From an uncultured Chloroflexia bacterium (lineage in GTDB: Bacteria > Chloroflexota > Anaerolineae > CG2-30-64-16): 64,000 nt of DNA. The stretch is taken from contig CAVZDU010000002.1 in the NCBI GenBank assembly GCA_963774265.1, positions 845,552 to 909,551 on the forward strand, written 5' to 3'. The position numbers were made by a program, and so were the translations under genes. The notes under the pieces were generated by a model. The model had not been told where the DNA came from, did not search any database, and worked only from the letters and a program-made list of their open reading frames with translations. Shown one piece after another: positions 10,916 to 22,700 of this stretch. Position 1 is the stretch's first letter, and each line of letters begins with the position of its first letter.

Positions 10916-13900
10916 ACGGCTGAACGTCGAGGTCACTCAGCAACACCTCGGCATCCGGCCATAGCTGGCCGTGTTCATTCCGAACCGGCAGGCGCACACT
11001 TGCCGCCTGCAAATCATACAGGCCCGTCGACAGGCGGTAGATGCCCGGCGGCGTGCCGGACGGGATCTTAAGAACCGCCCGGTCGGCAACCATCTCGCCC
11101 GGCTGCCAGCTCCAGGTGGGATTAGCGCCGCCTTGAGGCAAGTCGTCAACGCCGGCAATCAGAACCCCCTCGACGCTCAATAGATGCACGAAACGGGTGA
11201 AGCTGGCGCTCGTGGTCTGCTCGCTCTTGAAGTGCAGCGTGAGAGTCAAGGCCTGGCCTGCGTGAAGCCCGGTATCAGGCATCTGCAGATCATAACCCTC
11301 CAGCGACGCTAGCCCGTCGAAGTGGGCGTTGACCGACCGTTCCGGGACGCGTGACTCAGAGTTGATGATTTTGATCGGCGGCAGTCGCAGACCATCGGGC
11401 AGAGGCTGGCCTTCAGCGCCGAAAGCTGGTAGGCGGACGCCCGTGTCGAAGTCATAGAGCCCCACAGACGGCCAGTACAGCCCGCTGAGCGCCCCAGGCG
11501 GAATTCGCAGGAGATACCAGTCCCTCTGCAATCGATAGGAGTCCCAAAGCAGCGCCGGACGGAAGATGGGCCCCGGCAGTTGGTCCTGTTGTGCAAGTGG
11601 CTGGCCTGCATGGTCCACGAGATGCACGAAGCCGTGGTAGCTACGGGAGGCCGGAGAGAATGCCTGCCAATACAACGTATAGGCCACGCTATCCCCGGGG
11701 TGAGCCACAAGGAGTTGACCCGTTCTCACTTGTGGCTGGCCGCTTGCATGAACATCATAACCAGCCAGGCCGAGCGCGTCGCCCAGGCGCGCTTCAGCCG
11801 CATGGCTCGGCACTTGAGTCTCATCCGGGACCGACTTGGACAGTGTCAGATTCCCAAGCCGACGCCACGTTGTGATGCCCGCAGACGCGGGTGGCTGCAC
11901 CGCCAGCTGATAAGTCCCAGCCGGCAGTCCGGGCGGTAGTGCCACTTGGTAAGCATCCCGAATCAGCGTCCCGGTCGGCCAGTTGCGAGCGCTGGACGTG
12001 TTGTACCAGGGCGCGCTGACGGTCTCGGCGAGGACTCGGCCAGCAGAATCAAGCACACCCCAACGAACGCGCCATTCGGCCGACTGCGACGCGGTCACGA
12101 ACCATTCCGGGTAAACGTAGAGATAGGGATAGTGGCGGGCGGGCGTACCGAGCTCGAACCGATAGCCGGCCAGGCGCAGCCCTGGCCCAGTCACTTCCTC
12201 CGCGGGCGGCCGGATGACTGCCTGGGTCCGCGGCCAGACGGTTGCCATGACCCCGGCAACGAGCAAACCTAGCAGCAGAATCGCCCAGCCGCGACCCACC
12301 CGGCCGCGACCTGACTGGACGAGCAGCACGGCCAGCGTCACCAGGGTCAGAATGCCGCCAATACGCCGATCACGCGTTGCCTCAAAGCTCAGGTCCAGCC
12401 GATGTGAACCAGCCGGTACATCGACGGTGAGCAGACCAAGGTTTGTGCTCGGGTAAGCCGGTACAATCTGGCCGTCGAGCAGCACCCGCCAACTGGGAAA
12501 GTAGTATGTGCTGAAGCGCAGCGGCCCACCTGTGTCACTGATAACAGTGCCTCGCAGATCGTAGGCATTGCCGGCATCGGGCACGAACTCACCCTCGATG
12601 CCCGGCAGGTCCGGTTCGACTGCAAGTTCCACAGCTTCGGTGGCCCAACGCGGCCGAAACTCCTGCAGGCTGCTTGTGCCGAGTGTGTGCGCGTCCACTT
12701 CCACCTGGGCCGTCACCGCTGCCGAAACGTCGCTGCTCCCCTCAAAGAAGAGCTGGCCCCAGTTCAGTCGCACCCCATTGGCAGCCAGGATGAGGACCAA
12801 CAGGCCCAAGGTTACAGCCGCTCGCAGTCGGCCCAGACGGAGACACCGCACAATTCCGCAACTGAACAGCGCCAGGCTCAAGGACACAATGGAGAGCAGC
12901 CGCCAGGGGAACTGAACCGCCTGCAGCGTTGGGTTGCTGAGCCAGATCGGCAGCGCCCACGTGCCGATTCCCAGGCAGGCCAACAGGGCAAGGACGGCCC
13001 AAAAAAGCCACTCTGCATCCCAACGCCGAGCGAGGATAGCCCCAGCAAAAGCCAGCCCCACTTGCACCAGGCCCAGCCGGAAAGGAATCGCAGTAGAATA
13101 GCCGTACGCTAATCCCGTATCCAGAAAGCTGCGCCAAGTCCAGGCATTCTCGTGCAGGAAGACACGGGCAACAACCAGGCTCGCGTCGGTGATGTACGAA
13201 CGTTCGGCCAACACCGGCAGCCAGAAGAAGGCGCTGAGCCCCAATGCGATAACCCCGCCGGCAACGACCGGGCCGAGCGCGGCGACGCGCCTCCCGCTTT
13301 GCCACCACAAGACCGCGACGTAAGCCAGCCAGGGCAGCGGCACAAACAGCAGCGTAAGGTTATGAGCCAACACCAGTGCGGCCAAAGCAAGAGATGCCGG
13401 CAGCACATGACGCCAGGGGCGCACGCTGCAAATCAGGCCGCGTGCACCCCAAAACACCCAGGGCAGCAGCGCCTGGGCCAGCGCCTCGGGCAGCGCTCCG
13501 CGCACGAAGACATTGGTCAGAAAATAAGGGGCGAACATGTAGGCTGCAGCCGCCACCAGCGCCGCCCCCTGCCCATAGGGACCGAAGACAGCGCGGGCCA
13601 GCAGATACATGCCACAGCCGGCGACGAGGATCAGCAGCCCGCTTGCGATGGCGTAGGCCAGGTAGTAGCTGGCGCCCAGCAGACGCCAGAGCTCAATCAC
13701 GTAGTAGGCCAACGGCGCGTAGTAGTTGAAGACCGGGTAACCGTGCCCCAACATCAACTCGGGGAACCAGCGTGGATATAGCGTGCCATGCCGCAGACCA
13801 TAATCAAGCGCAGCCACGCGCGCGAGGTGGATGTGGCTGTCCACACCCCGCGGCAACCCGTTGGCAAAAACAGACCAAAGCGCCGACAAAGCCAGCAGCG

Positions 13901-14084
13901 GCACAGCGACCCAAGGGTGCGCCGCGCCCCAGGTGGCGAACGAAGTCAGGCCGGGGGTCGCAGCCTGCCCATCGGCCGGGAAAGACGGAGGCCGCGACCA
14001 GAAGGGCCAGTATGGCAGGTTTGGCTTCCGGCCTCGGCGCGCACGACCAACGATGCTCCGCTCATCGGCAGATTCTTGCCCCAT
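10914..14084 (-). CDS. Large polytopic membrane protein, PTPS-related/YfhO-like (GT-C glycosyltransferase-like), with extracellular repeat domains
   Basis: D..IH, YPRW.P....GHGYPVFNYYAPL, RGALPE, QFPWRLL motifs; repeated C-terminal TLYWQA..FVHL..D..P..W..G domains. Confidence 0.75.
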   Translation of the reverse strand: MGQESADERSIVGRARRGRKPNLPYWPFWSRPPSFPADGQAATPGLTSFATWGAAHPWVAVPLLALSALWSVFANGLPRGVDSHIHLARVAALDYGLRHGTLYPRWFPELMLGHGYPVFNYYAPLAYYVIELWRLLGASYYLAYAIASGLLILVAGCGMYLLARAVFGPYGQGAALVAAAAYMFAPYFLTNVFVRGALPEALAQALLPWVFWGARGLICSVRPWRHVLPASLALAALVLAHNLTLLFVPLPWLAYVAVLWWQSGRRVAALGPVVAGGVIALGLSAFFWLPVLAERSYITDASLVVARVFLHENAWTWRSFLDTGLAYGYSTAIPFRLGLVQVGLAFAGAILARRWDAEWLFWAVLALLACLGIGTWALPIWLSNPTLQAVQFPWRLLSIVSLSLALFSCGIVRCLRLGRLRAAVTLGLLVLILAANGVRLNWGQLFFEGSSDVSAAVTAQVEVDAHTLGTSSLQEFRPRWATEAVELAVEPDLPGIEGEFVPDAGNAYDLRGTVISDTGGPLRFSTYYFPSWRVLLDGQIVPAYPSTNLGLLTVDVPAGSHRLDLSFEATRDRRIGGILTLVTLAVLLVQSGRGRVGRGWAILLLGLLVAGVMATVWPRTQAVIRPPAEEVTGPGLRLAGYRFELGTPARHYPYLYVYPEWFVTASQSAEWRVRWGVLDSAGRVLAETVSAPWYNTSSARNWPTGTLIRDAYQVALPPGLPAGTYQLAVQPPASAGITTWRRLGNLTLSKSVPDETQVPSHAAEARLGDALGLAGYDVHASGQPQVRTGQLLVAHPGDSVAYTLYWQAFSPASRSYHGFVHLVDHAGQPLAQQDQLPGPIFRPALLWDSYRLQRDWYLLRIPPGALSGLYWPSVGLYDFDTGVRLPAFGAEGQPLPDGLRLPPIKIINSESRVPERSVNAHFDGLASLEGYDLQMPDTGLHAGQALTLTLHFKSEQTTSASFTRFVHLLSVEGVLIAGVDDLPQGGANPTWSWQPGEMVADRAVLKIPSGTPPGIYRLSTGLYDLQAASVRLPVRNEHGQLWPDAEVLLSDLDVQP

Positions 14085-14279
14085 AATGCTCCCTTTGCCG
14101 GCCACATCGGCGCGAAGCCGAAACCGTTTTCCGCTCGTCATTATAGGTCCGGAAGATCGCGTTGGCAAACGACTGATCGCGCCGATCCGTCAAGATTGGT
14201 TGTAAAGGGGCAATTTGTGTATGATCCCACATAGATATCGTATCACGCGGCCTTTCAGCCAAAGCAGGGCATACCATTT

Positions 14280-14531
14280 ATGGTGCTGTCGCGTCGCGCC
14301 AACAGACGGCAACTTCAGGGGATCCTAATCCTGGAGAGCATTCTGCTCATCCTCAGCCTGGGCAGAGCGCGTCTGATCCTCCCGTCGCTCGCAGCCAGCG
14401 GAAGCAACCACAGCGTGGTGGTGATCACCGAATTCGTGGCTGCAGGCCAAACTACGCTGGCCGAGGAGGACGGCGAGTATCACGATTGGGTCGAGCTGCA
14501 CAACCGCAGCAGGCGAAGCGTTAACTTGCTA
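14280..14531 (+). pseudogene. Lamin-tail-domain protein N-terminus, truncated by IS630
   Basis: Signal-like segment, then VVITEFVA...EDGEYHDWVELHN...VNL; ends at the IS TA site. Confidence 0.6.
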
Positions 14532-15391
14532 ATGTAACTCGTGTAATGGCTGCAAGACTTCGCTCCAGTGGAGCGACCGTGCGGCCGATGCGACTGAGGA
14601 CAGCTGCCGGTTGCTCGGCCACTTTTGCGAAAAAGCGCCGGGCTGCGGCCACAGCAGCGTCGAGCGAGCCGAAGAAGTGATCGTGCGTCACGTCGGCCCG
14701 CAGCCAGTGCCAGATCTGCTCCTGCAGATTGAGCGTCGGGGCGTAGCTGGGCAACGGCACGAGCACAATCCGCGGGCGCTCTTTGAGCCAGGCCCGCGTG
14801 CTCTTGGACCTGTAGATGCTGGCGCCATCTACAATCAGAAAGATGAAATCCGCCTCGGGATAGGCGGAGACGATCTCATGATCGACGAACTGCTGGAAGT
14901 CGAGGCTGCGCTTATGGACGCGCAACTGGAAGTGCGTTTGCCCACTGCGGCTGTTGACGGCCCCGAACATGACCTGCTTGCGGTTGTTGCCGGGCGTCTC
15001 GACTTCCCAGGGCTCACCCACGAGTGTTCAGACTCGGGTGCGGGTCGGGTTGAAGGCCAGTTCGGCCTGATCGACATCCAACACCGCGACGGTCGGTTCG
15101 CCGGTATTGGGGACGTCTCCGCCTTCACCCTTTTGGGTCGTACTGCGAGTCGCGGCTATGCACGACCGGGATGGGCTGCTTGAGATGGAGGCCATGCTGA
15201 TGCAATAGCACCCGCACGCGTTCGGCGCTCAGGCTGATTCCCGTCTGCTGGGCCAGGTAACCGCCAAGAGCGAGCACGTCCACACCGATTGCTCCAGTCC
15301 GTACCAGCGCAGATCGTGGCGCATGGTCTCGACCAGCAGCCATTCGTAGGACTCGTCCCAGGCGACGGGGCGCCCATCGCTCCATTGACTA

Positions 15392-16511
15392 AGTAGGTAA
15401 CAGAAAATTCGGGGCACTTCTTCGTTGCCTGATATACTGGGGTTACGGAGGGTGCCATGATCTATGTACGAACACCAACGGATGCTGAACTGCAAGAGCT
15501 CAAGCGAATGACCCGCCATGAGATCGGGCGGGTTAGCCAACGAGCGCAGATGGTTCTGCTCTCAGCGCAGCAGCGCACGGTGCCTGAGATCGCCGTCATC
15601 TTTGGCGTCAAGTACAAGACCGTGCGCAAATGGCTCCGCCGCTTCAATGCGGCCGGGCCGGCCGGACTGTATGATGAGCCGCGCAGTGGGCGGCCGCGGA
15701 CGCTGACCGACCGTGTCCGTGACACTTTGGTCGACATGAGCGAGCAGGATCCCGAGCAGTCGGACTATCCCGCGACCTTGTGGACGGTTGCGATGCTGGC
15801 CTTAGCCTTGGCCGAGAAGATCGGCGTGTATCTGAGCCATAGCACCCTGCGTCAGACGCTGCATGCGGCCGGCCTGGCCTGGAGCCGCCCACGACTCGCC
15901 ATGCCCCGCAAGACTGATCCGCAGAAGGCGGCCAAGCAGTGGGCAATAGTGCAGGCCGTGATTGGGGCTGGCCCAGCTGCAGTCGTGCTGTACGCCGACG
16001 AATCGCGCATCCAGATGCTACCGTTGATTCGAGCAATGTGGCATCGGCTGGGCCAGCAGATCCGTGTCCCGACGCCCGGCAGCAATCAGACGCGCAGCCT
16101 ATTTGGAGCGCTCAACATTCGCACGGGCCAGTGGACGTGGTTGATCCGCGAGCATATGCACAAAGAAGACTTCATCACTTTCCTGGAACACCTGTTGACG
16201 GTGTATGCCAGCGGTCCGATCATTCTGATCGTCGATAACTACTCCAGCCATACGGCTAAGGCCATCGATGCCTGGCTGACTGAGCACCCGCGACTCCAGT
16301 TGCACTACCTGCCGAAGTACTGCTCGCATCTGAATCCGGTTGAGAACATCTGGCTGCGTCTCAAAGGCCAGACCGCCGCTGACCGCTTGTACGGTTCGCT
16401 GCATGGTCTGCTGGACGCCGTCACACGCTTCTTCGACCATATGACGCCAGCGATGGCGTTGACCTGGGCCAGTCTCGACTGAAAAGTGACCCGTACTTTT
16501 TGTGACATACT
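15392..16511 (+). mobile_element. Second IS630-family element nested in copy B
   Basis: Imperfect ~30 bp IRs (AGTAGGTAACAGAAAATTCGGGGCACTT / AGTATGTCACAAAAAGTACGGGTCACTT); TA duplication at 15390-91 and 16512-13. Confidence 0.9.
15457..16482 (+). CDS. IS630 transposase (intact)
   Basis: N-terminal HTH; DDE triad in YADES, IVDNY, LNPVENIW. Confidence 0.92.
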   Translation: MIYVRTPTDAELQELKRMTRHEIGRVSQRAQMVLLSAQQRTVPEIAVIFGVKYKTVRKWLRRFNAAGPAGLYDEPRSGRPRTLTDRVRDTLVDMSEQDPEQSDYPATLWTVAMLALALAEKIGVYLSHSTLRQTLHAAGLAWSRPRLAMPRKTDPQKAAKQWAIVQAVIGAGPAAVVLYADESRIQMLPLIRAMWHRLGQQIRVPTPGSNQTRSLFGALNIRTGQWTWLIREHMHKEDFITFLEHLLTVYASGPIILIVDNYSSHTAKAIDAWLTEHPRLQLHYLPKYCSHLNPVENIWLRLKGQTAADRLYGSLHGLLDAVTRFFDHMTPAMALTWASLD

Positions 16512-16844
16512 TAGATAGGCCCGCCAGCCCGTGGCTTCAAAACGATCCAACCAGCGATGCACGGTCGATAGATCGACACCCAACAACGCGGCGATCTGGG
16601 TCACCCGCCAGCCATCCGCCGACAGCAGGATGGCATGGCTGCGATGCACCAGTTCGGTCACCGGGCTGGTTTTGTACAGCTCGGTTAGCGCCGCCCGTTC
16701 GTGGGCGGTCAGTTCTCGCACATGTCGCAAGGGAAGGATACACTCCGCAAGCGCAGTCTCACTGGGCTGACCCGTCCAGTCTACCTGCTACCGGAGGTCT
16801 TGCAACCTTTCGATGGTTTACATTAGCACCTCTGACATCACCCG

Positions 16845-18284
16845 TTATTGGCCGTGGAATACGATAGCCCGATCGTAGATGATCTCGGTGAACGCCGGCC
16901 CGACCGCTGTAGCTGGCTCAAGGTACGCTCGGAACCCCATCCACATGTCGGGTGGATCATTATTCAGGTCTAGCCTGGCGCAAGTAGTCGTTATCGGTGT
17001 GCAGTGCGCTTCCTCGTGACAGTCACGGGCAAACTTCCAGGCATACAACGTATCCGGCGCGTTTGCCAGGTAATCCCGAGCGCTTCCTGGGAAGTTGCCG
17101 CTCTGCTCGCTGACCAGGCCCAGCAGCAGGTCTTCGCCGTAGATGTCGTGGCCCGCGTATACGCTGGCGTTCGAGTAGGTCGCTTTTCCGGTTGCCTCGT
17201 GGTTGGCCCCGTAAACGATCACGAAGTCATTCGGGCCAAGCCGAAACTCCGGGACGGTCCGCAAGTACACTGTGTCGCGCGACGGCCCCCACTGGTCGAT
17301 CCCCCGCTGCAGCCCGTCGTAGCCGTCCGTCAGCCAGACCTGCGTGGTCTGCTCCTCGCGCGGCACGCTACTATGCCGTGCCAGAATGGCCTGGCGCAGA
17401 CCTTCGACGGCAGGCATCAGGTCCATCTCGGTCCGTCCTGTGCCCCGTACCCTGAGCGGTGGGGCCGGGAATGGATCGGGCGCGGCGCCGACGAGCGTCA
17501 CACGCAACGCCACCTGTGGCGCGTCCAGGTACTTATTGAGGGCGTCTTCATATCCAGGTTTGGGCCGGAACATCCTTTGCGTGAAGTTGAAGATATCGGT
17601 GTTCTCATCGTTGCCTAAGCGGGTTAGGGCGCTCGGTACGACCAGCGTGTTGAGGATGCTCGCCGGATAGCCCGCCTGGCGAGCGGCCGCCTGCACCCGC
17701 TCGTCAACACCCCGATCGGCGGTCAGTATGACGATCGTGTCCTTGTCGAATGGGTCCGACGCTGGCCCGCTCGTGCGAATCGTCAGGTTGTTGACGGTGT
17801 CACCAAGCGGCGCCAGAAGCTCCACCCAGGTCTGTTGCCTTTCGTCCCATCGCCAGGCCAGGAACGATTGGACGCTGAAGTAGCTCGTCGGGGGTGGGGT
17901 GCGGCCCACGATGATGATGGCCTCGTTGGCGGCCAGCCGGAAGAGCAAGGGAGACCCGGTCGGAGCTTGTCCGGGCGCATCCGGCACCTGGACCATCTTG
18001 TACGGCGCCCCGGCGTTATTGCACTCGCAGGTAGGGATTTGGTTGCTGCAACAAAGGGTAACAAAGTCCATGCGAGCCAGTTGCCCCTGCTGAACCGCAA
18101 ACCCCTTCTTCTCAAGGGCCGCGGTGAAGCGAGCGATATCTTGCGGGGTTCCGATGGGCCCCGCCAACTGGCCCGCAGGGACATCGGGGGACGCACCTGC
18201 GGTCGAGGATCCCGCGCTGCTGGTACAGAGCAGCATGGCAACGACGACGGCAGTCGGGAGCCAGGTCAGTCTTATTGTCTTCAT
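16845..18284 (-). CDS. Secreted hypothetical protein (~479 aa)
   Basis: Long ORF; signal peptide MKTIRLTWLPTAVVVAMLLC; GGAGG RBS. Confidence 0.75.
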   Translation of the reverse strand: MKTIRLTWLPTAVVVAMLLCTSSAGSSTAGASPDVPAGQLAGPIGTPQDIARFTAALEKKGFAVQQGQLARMDFVTLCCSNQIPTCECNNAGAPYKMVQVPDAPGQAPTGSPLLFRLAANEAIIIVGRTPPPTSYFSVQSFLAWRWDERQQTWVELLAPLGDTVNNLTIRTSGPASDPFDKDTIVILTADRGVDERVQAAARQAGYPASILNTLVVPSALTRLGNDENTDIFNFTQRMFRPKPGYEDALNKYLDAPQVALRVTLVGAAPDPFPAPPLRVRGTGRTEMDLMPAVEGLRQAILARHSSVPREEQTTQVWLTDGYDGLQRGIDQWGPSRDTVYLRTVPEFRLGPNDFVIVYGANHEATGKATYSNASVYAGHDIYGEDLLLGLVSEQSGNFPGSARDYLANAPDTLYAWKFARDCHEEAHCTPITTTCARLDLNNDPPDMWMGFRAYLEPATAVGPAFTEIIYDRAIVFHGQ

Positions 18285-18292
18285 TGTTTCCT

Positions 18293-18378
18293 CCAATTCA
18301 AGACAACACCTCCGACCAACACCAAAGTGTCTATACACTAACACCGTATTGTCGATATTCTACTTGTGACTTGAGCAA
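18293..18378 (+). promoter_or_regulatory. AACACC-type operator/promoter, copy 3 (no adjacent LAL gene)
   Basis: About 85 bp near-identical to 2541-2627; TATTCT at 18356-18361. Confidence 0.75.
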
Positions 18379-18474
18379 ACGGACGAATGGCACCAGGCGC
18401 CGCAGACGAGATGGTTGAGTGGTGGGGCGTCATCAAGAGTGTGACGCCTGGCGCACAGAGAGAAGGGACCAACC

Positions 18475-19044
18475 ATGGATATGAAACTAATCATCATCAT
18501 AGGGTTCTCGTACTTGTATGGATTCTTTGAAGTCTTTATGGCCTTAAGACAGAGAGGAAAAAGTACTACTACAGCTTCGGGCGATAAAGGGAGTCTATGG
18601 TTGTTGTATATCCTGATAACGGTTGGCTATGCCTTGTCATTTTCAATAGGCGCAACAAGAATCGGCAGGATGAATCATTGGGATGCCTTTTTTGCAGTTG
18701 GAGTCGTAACGGCTCTGACAGGATTGATCATCAGGGTGCGTTCCATACTGACCCTCAAACAATACTTCACATATTCCGTTGCACACACCGAGAATCACAA
18801 GTTGATTGAAACAGGGCTATACAAAATCATTAGGCATCCCGGGTATCTGGGGCAATTGATGATATTCGCGGGGATCTCTATTTCATTATCGAATTGGTTA
18901 GCAGTTCTCTTAATGATGACTCCGATTACGATAGGGTATGTCTACCGAATAAAAGTGGAAGAAGACTTCATGATTGAACAGATGGGAGAAAGTTACTTGA
19001 ATTATCAAAAACGGACAAAACGAATGATCCCAATGATCTATTAA
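18475..19044 (+). CDS. Isoprenylcysteine carboxyl methyltransferase (ICMT/PEMT) family membrane protein
   Basis: TM helices, [34 protein letters not shown]. Confidence 0.85.
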   Translation: MDMKLIIIIGFSYLYGFFEVFMALRQRGKSTTTASGDKGSLWLLYILITVGYALSFSIGATRIGRMNHWDAFFAVGVVTALTGLIIRVRSILTLKQYFTYSVAHTENHKLIETGLYKIIRHPGYLGQLMIFAGISISLSNWLAVLLMMTPITIGYVYRIKVEEDFMIEQMGESYLNYQKRTKRMIPMIY

Positions 19045-19057
19045 AAGGAGTAGTCCC

Positions 19058-19744
19058 GTGGAAAAACCAATCATCCTGGCTCGAAACATACACAAGACCT
19101 TCCGCAACGGCAAGATCGAGGTGCATGCCCTGCGCGGCGTGGATCTGTCCATCGCGGCCGGCGAGATGGTGGCCGTGATGGGGCCATCGGGGTGCGGCAA
19201 GACGACATTGATCAACTGCCTTTCCGGCCTGGACAGCTTCGATTCGGGAGAGGTGGAAATCGAAGGCACCTCCCTGCGGGCGATGAGCGACCGGGCGCGC
19301 ACCAGCTATCGGGCCAGACGCATGGGCTTCGTGTTCCAAACCTTCAACCTGCTCCCCGTCATCACTGCGGTGGAGAACGTCGAACTGCCCCTCCTGCTCA
19401 GCCGCGTCCGCCCGCGGGAGGCCCGGCAGCGGGCTTTGCGCGGCCTGACCCAGGTGGGACTGGCCGATCGGGCGGAGCATCGCCCGGCGGAGCTCTCCGG
19501 CGGAGAGCGCCAACGGGTTACCATCGCGCGGGCGCTGGCCAGCCAACCCGCGATCGTCTGGGCCGACGAGCCCACCGGCAACCTGGACACCGTGGCGGCC
19601 ACGGATGTGCTCACGCTCATGCGCGACTTGAACCGGGAACAAGGTCAAACCTTCGTGATCGTCACCCATGACCCCCATATCGGTGATCTGTGCGACCGCG
19701 TCATTCGCATGCAGGATGGGGCGATCGTGGCGATGGCACGATGA
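19058..19744 (+). CDS. ABC transporter ATP-binding protein (LolD/MacB-like)
   Basis: [30 protein letters not shown]. Confidence 0.95.
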   Translation: MEKPIILARNIHKTFRNGKIEVHALRGVDLSIAAGEMVAVMGPSGCGKTTLINCLSGLDSFDSGEVEIEGTSLRAMSDRARTSYRARRMGFVFQTFNLLPVITAVENVELPLLLSRVRPREARQRALRGLTQVGLADRAEHRPAELSGGERQRVTIARALASQPAIVWADEPTGNLDTVAATDVLTLMRDLNREQGQTFVIVTHDPHIGDLCDRVIRMQDGAIVAMAR

Positions 19745-19799
19745 TGTAGCCGATCCCGCACCGGACGTCCGGCCGGGCGGCAGGGGAATAGGAGCAACC

Positions 19800-22700
19800 A
19801 TGACACTCAACCTGGATTCGGCTCGGCCCAAACATGGGCCATCGGACTCCTTGCCGCCGTGGCGCTGGTCCTGCTCTACCTGGTAGTGATGGGGCTGCGC
19901 AACCGCACCATTGCCAAACTGGGTGTGCGCAACATTCCTCGTCGACCGTCCCAGTCAGCCCTCATCATCCTGGGTCTGACGTTGAGCACCATCATCATCG
20001 TCAGCGCGCTCAGTATCGGCGACACGCTCAGCTTCTCGGTGCGCCGCCACGCCATCAACGCTTACGGCACCATCGATCAGGTGATCTCGCCGCCCTTGCT
20101 CTCAGCGCTGGCCGGACTCGCCACGAATGCCGCGGAAGGGGATAATCCAACCGACGCCCTGGCCGGCTCCGAGCTGTCCGGCTTGCTGGAGGGGGACCTG
20201 CTCAGTATCCTGGGATTGCTCCAGAAGGGGTTGCCGGGCATCAGCGAAGAGCGCTACGCCCAACTCCGGGATCAGGCCCAGGCAGACCCGGCCACCGCCG
20301 CCGTGGTGGACGGGCTGGCTCCCTCCATCGCCTTCCCTACCATTATCCGTGACCGGACAAGCGGCCAGGGCATCCCCCTGGGTTTCATCGTGGCCGTGAA
20401 CAACGAATACGACGAGCAGTTCGGTCTCACGACGGTGGATGGGGAGCCGGTGCAGATGGAGGACCTGCGCACGGGCGTGGGGAACATCTTTGCCCAGGCG
20501 AGCAACCTCTTTCGCTGGGCGGACAGCATCGGCATCAATGTGGACAGCGTGGCCGCCGGCGTGGCCCAGGCCGGAGCGCTGCATCACCCAGGGTCAGGGA
20601 CGGCTGGGTGCATCGGCCTGGTGAACCCACTCGGCCCTGACCGGACCCCGGACCTCGCCGGCACTGGGCAGTGCGTTGTCGACGGGCAACCTCGACCTGG
20701 CCGCGGCGGGAGCGGCGTTGGGCATCGACACGAACGCGATCCTCAGCGCCGTGAACCTGAACACCCTGGGCACGGAGATCGACCGCGTGCTGGAGCAGGT
20801 GGGGCTGGAACTGCGCCAGGGGGATGTCTACCTCAACAGACTGGGCGCGGAGCAGCTCAACGCGAAGCCGGGAGATGTGCTGGACATCTTCATCGGCCCC
20901 ATCCCCGTGCCCTTCCGGGTGCGAGCCGTTGTGGAGCAGGCCGGCCCCTTGGGTGCGCTCAAGCCGGTGGTCATGCTGCGGCTGGATGAAGCCCAGGAAC
21001 TGCTCTTCATGCCGGGGCGGGTGAACAATGTGCTCGTCTCGAACGCCGGGGATGCCTACACGGGCATGGCGAACACGGCGGCCGCGGCCCGGCAACTGAG
21101 AGCGCTGGCCCTGAACGAGGACGCCCTGGCGGAGTTGGTGGCCCTGCTTCGGGAACCGGACGTGCTGGCTGCCATCGAGGCCGGCGCGGACGGTTCCGCC
21201 CCGTCCACCGTGAGTCGAGAGGGAGAGGACATGGCCGACTTCCTGGCCTTCTTCTCCGTGGGAGGGGGCAAGGTGGCTCTGGCCGAGCGCACGCCCCGCC
21301 TGGTCGCGGAACTGGCGGGCGCCGGCGTCTCCCAGGAGCTGCGGGTGATCCTGGCCCAGCCGGACATGCAGAGTTGGCTGCGGAGACTGCCCCTCGCCGG
21401 CGAGACCGGAGCCAGGCTGGACGAGATCCTGGGCCGGATCAGCGATCTGGAAGTGCTGGATGTGCTGAGCAAGAACACGGTGGTCGCGGCGGCAGGGATC
21501 GGCGGCAGGGTATTTACCACGGTCTTCACCATCTTTGGCATCTTCTCCATATTCGCCGGGGTGCTTCTGATCTTCCTGATCTTCGTCATGTTGGCGGCGG
21601 AGAGACGCAGCGAGATGGGGATGGCCCGAGCCATCGGTATGCAGCGGGGCCACCTGGTGCAGATGTTCGTCTCCGAGGGCATGATCTACGATCTGGTGGC
21701 CGCCGCTCTGGGCATCGTCCTGGGGCTGGCCATCTCCTACGCCATGATCGGCTTTCTGGGCGGCATCTTCAACACGGCGGCCCAGAAGATCAGCAGCGAG
21801 CTGTCCGGCAGCCTCTTCACCTTCCGCTTCAACGTCGCCCCCACGTCGGTGGTGATCGCCTACGCCCTGGGCGTGCTCCTGACCTTTGCCGTGGTCACCT
21901 TCTCCTCCTGGCGGGTCAGTCGCCTGAACATCGTCTCGGCGATCCAGGACACGCCGGAACCGGACGGGGGCCAACGGGGCACGGGCAAGCTGATCGGGCG
22001 GCTGATCACCGGCCCGCTGACCGTGGCCGCGGGCGCGTGGATCTACTTCGGCGTGGCGGGCGGAGCGTCGGGCGCCCTGCTGCTGATCGCGCTCTCCATG
22101 GTGCTGGTCGGCGGGTTGCTGAGCGTGAGCTGGGCGCTCTCGGCTACGTCCATGCGCACGGAACGCAGGCGACGGCTGGTCTATACAGTCATGGGCCTGG
22201 GCCTCGTGCTCATTTGGGGGCTGCCGTGGGAGACCTTGCTGCCCGGCAGGGGCTTTGGCCTGCTGCAGCAGGATCCCCAATGGACACTCCTCTCGCTGGT
22301 GGTAAAGGGTCCGGCGCTGATCCTGGGCGGTATCCTGGTCATCATGTTCAGCGCGGACATTCTGCTGCAGACGGTGAGCCGGGTGCTGGGCGGCATCGGC
22401 GCACTGACGCCGGTGCTCAAGACCGCCATCGCCTATCCCCTGACCAGTCGCTTCCGCACGGGCGTGGCCATGGTCATGTTCGCCATGATCATCACCACAG
22501 TGGTGCTCATGTCCGTGGTCATCGAGGCCACGCAAAGCGTCATCACGCCGGACGCCAAGAGCAGCGCCGGCTTTGACATCAGCACGTCGTTTGGCCTGCT
22601 CAGCTTCTTTGACCGGGTGACGGATCTGGAAGGGGAATTAGCCGGGATGAAGGACTTTCCCCACGAAGATGTGGCGGCAGTGGGGGCCATTGTCAACCGC

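Larger units (their letters stand above)
14532..16823 (-). mobile_element. IS630-family element, copy B, interrupted by a nested IS
   Basis: Clearly homologous to 9121-10292; same ends, TA at 14530-31 and 16824-25. Confidence 0.85.

Noticed and set aside
2541-18378. AACACC repeats as a CRISPR array or ncRNA
   Set aside because: Three dispersed copies with no repeat-spacer periodicity and no cas genes. Conservation follows boxes and a -10 element, not base pairing.
20535-22535. Long antisense ORFs (e.g. 666 aa here; also 43277-44434, 28673-29719, 46210-47271)
   Set aside because: Shadow frames of high-GC genes on the opposite strand, with no recognisable motifs.
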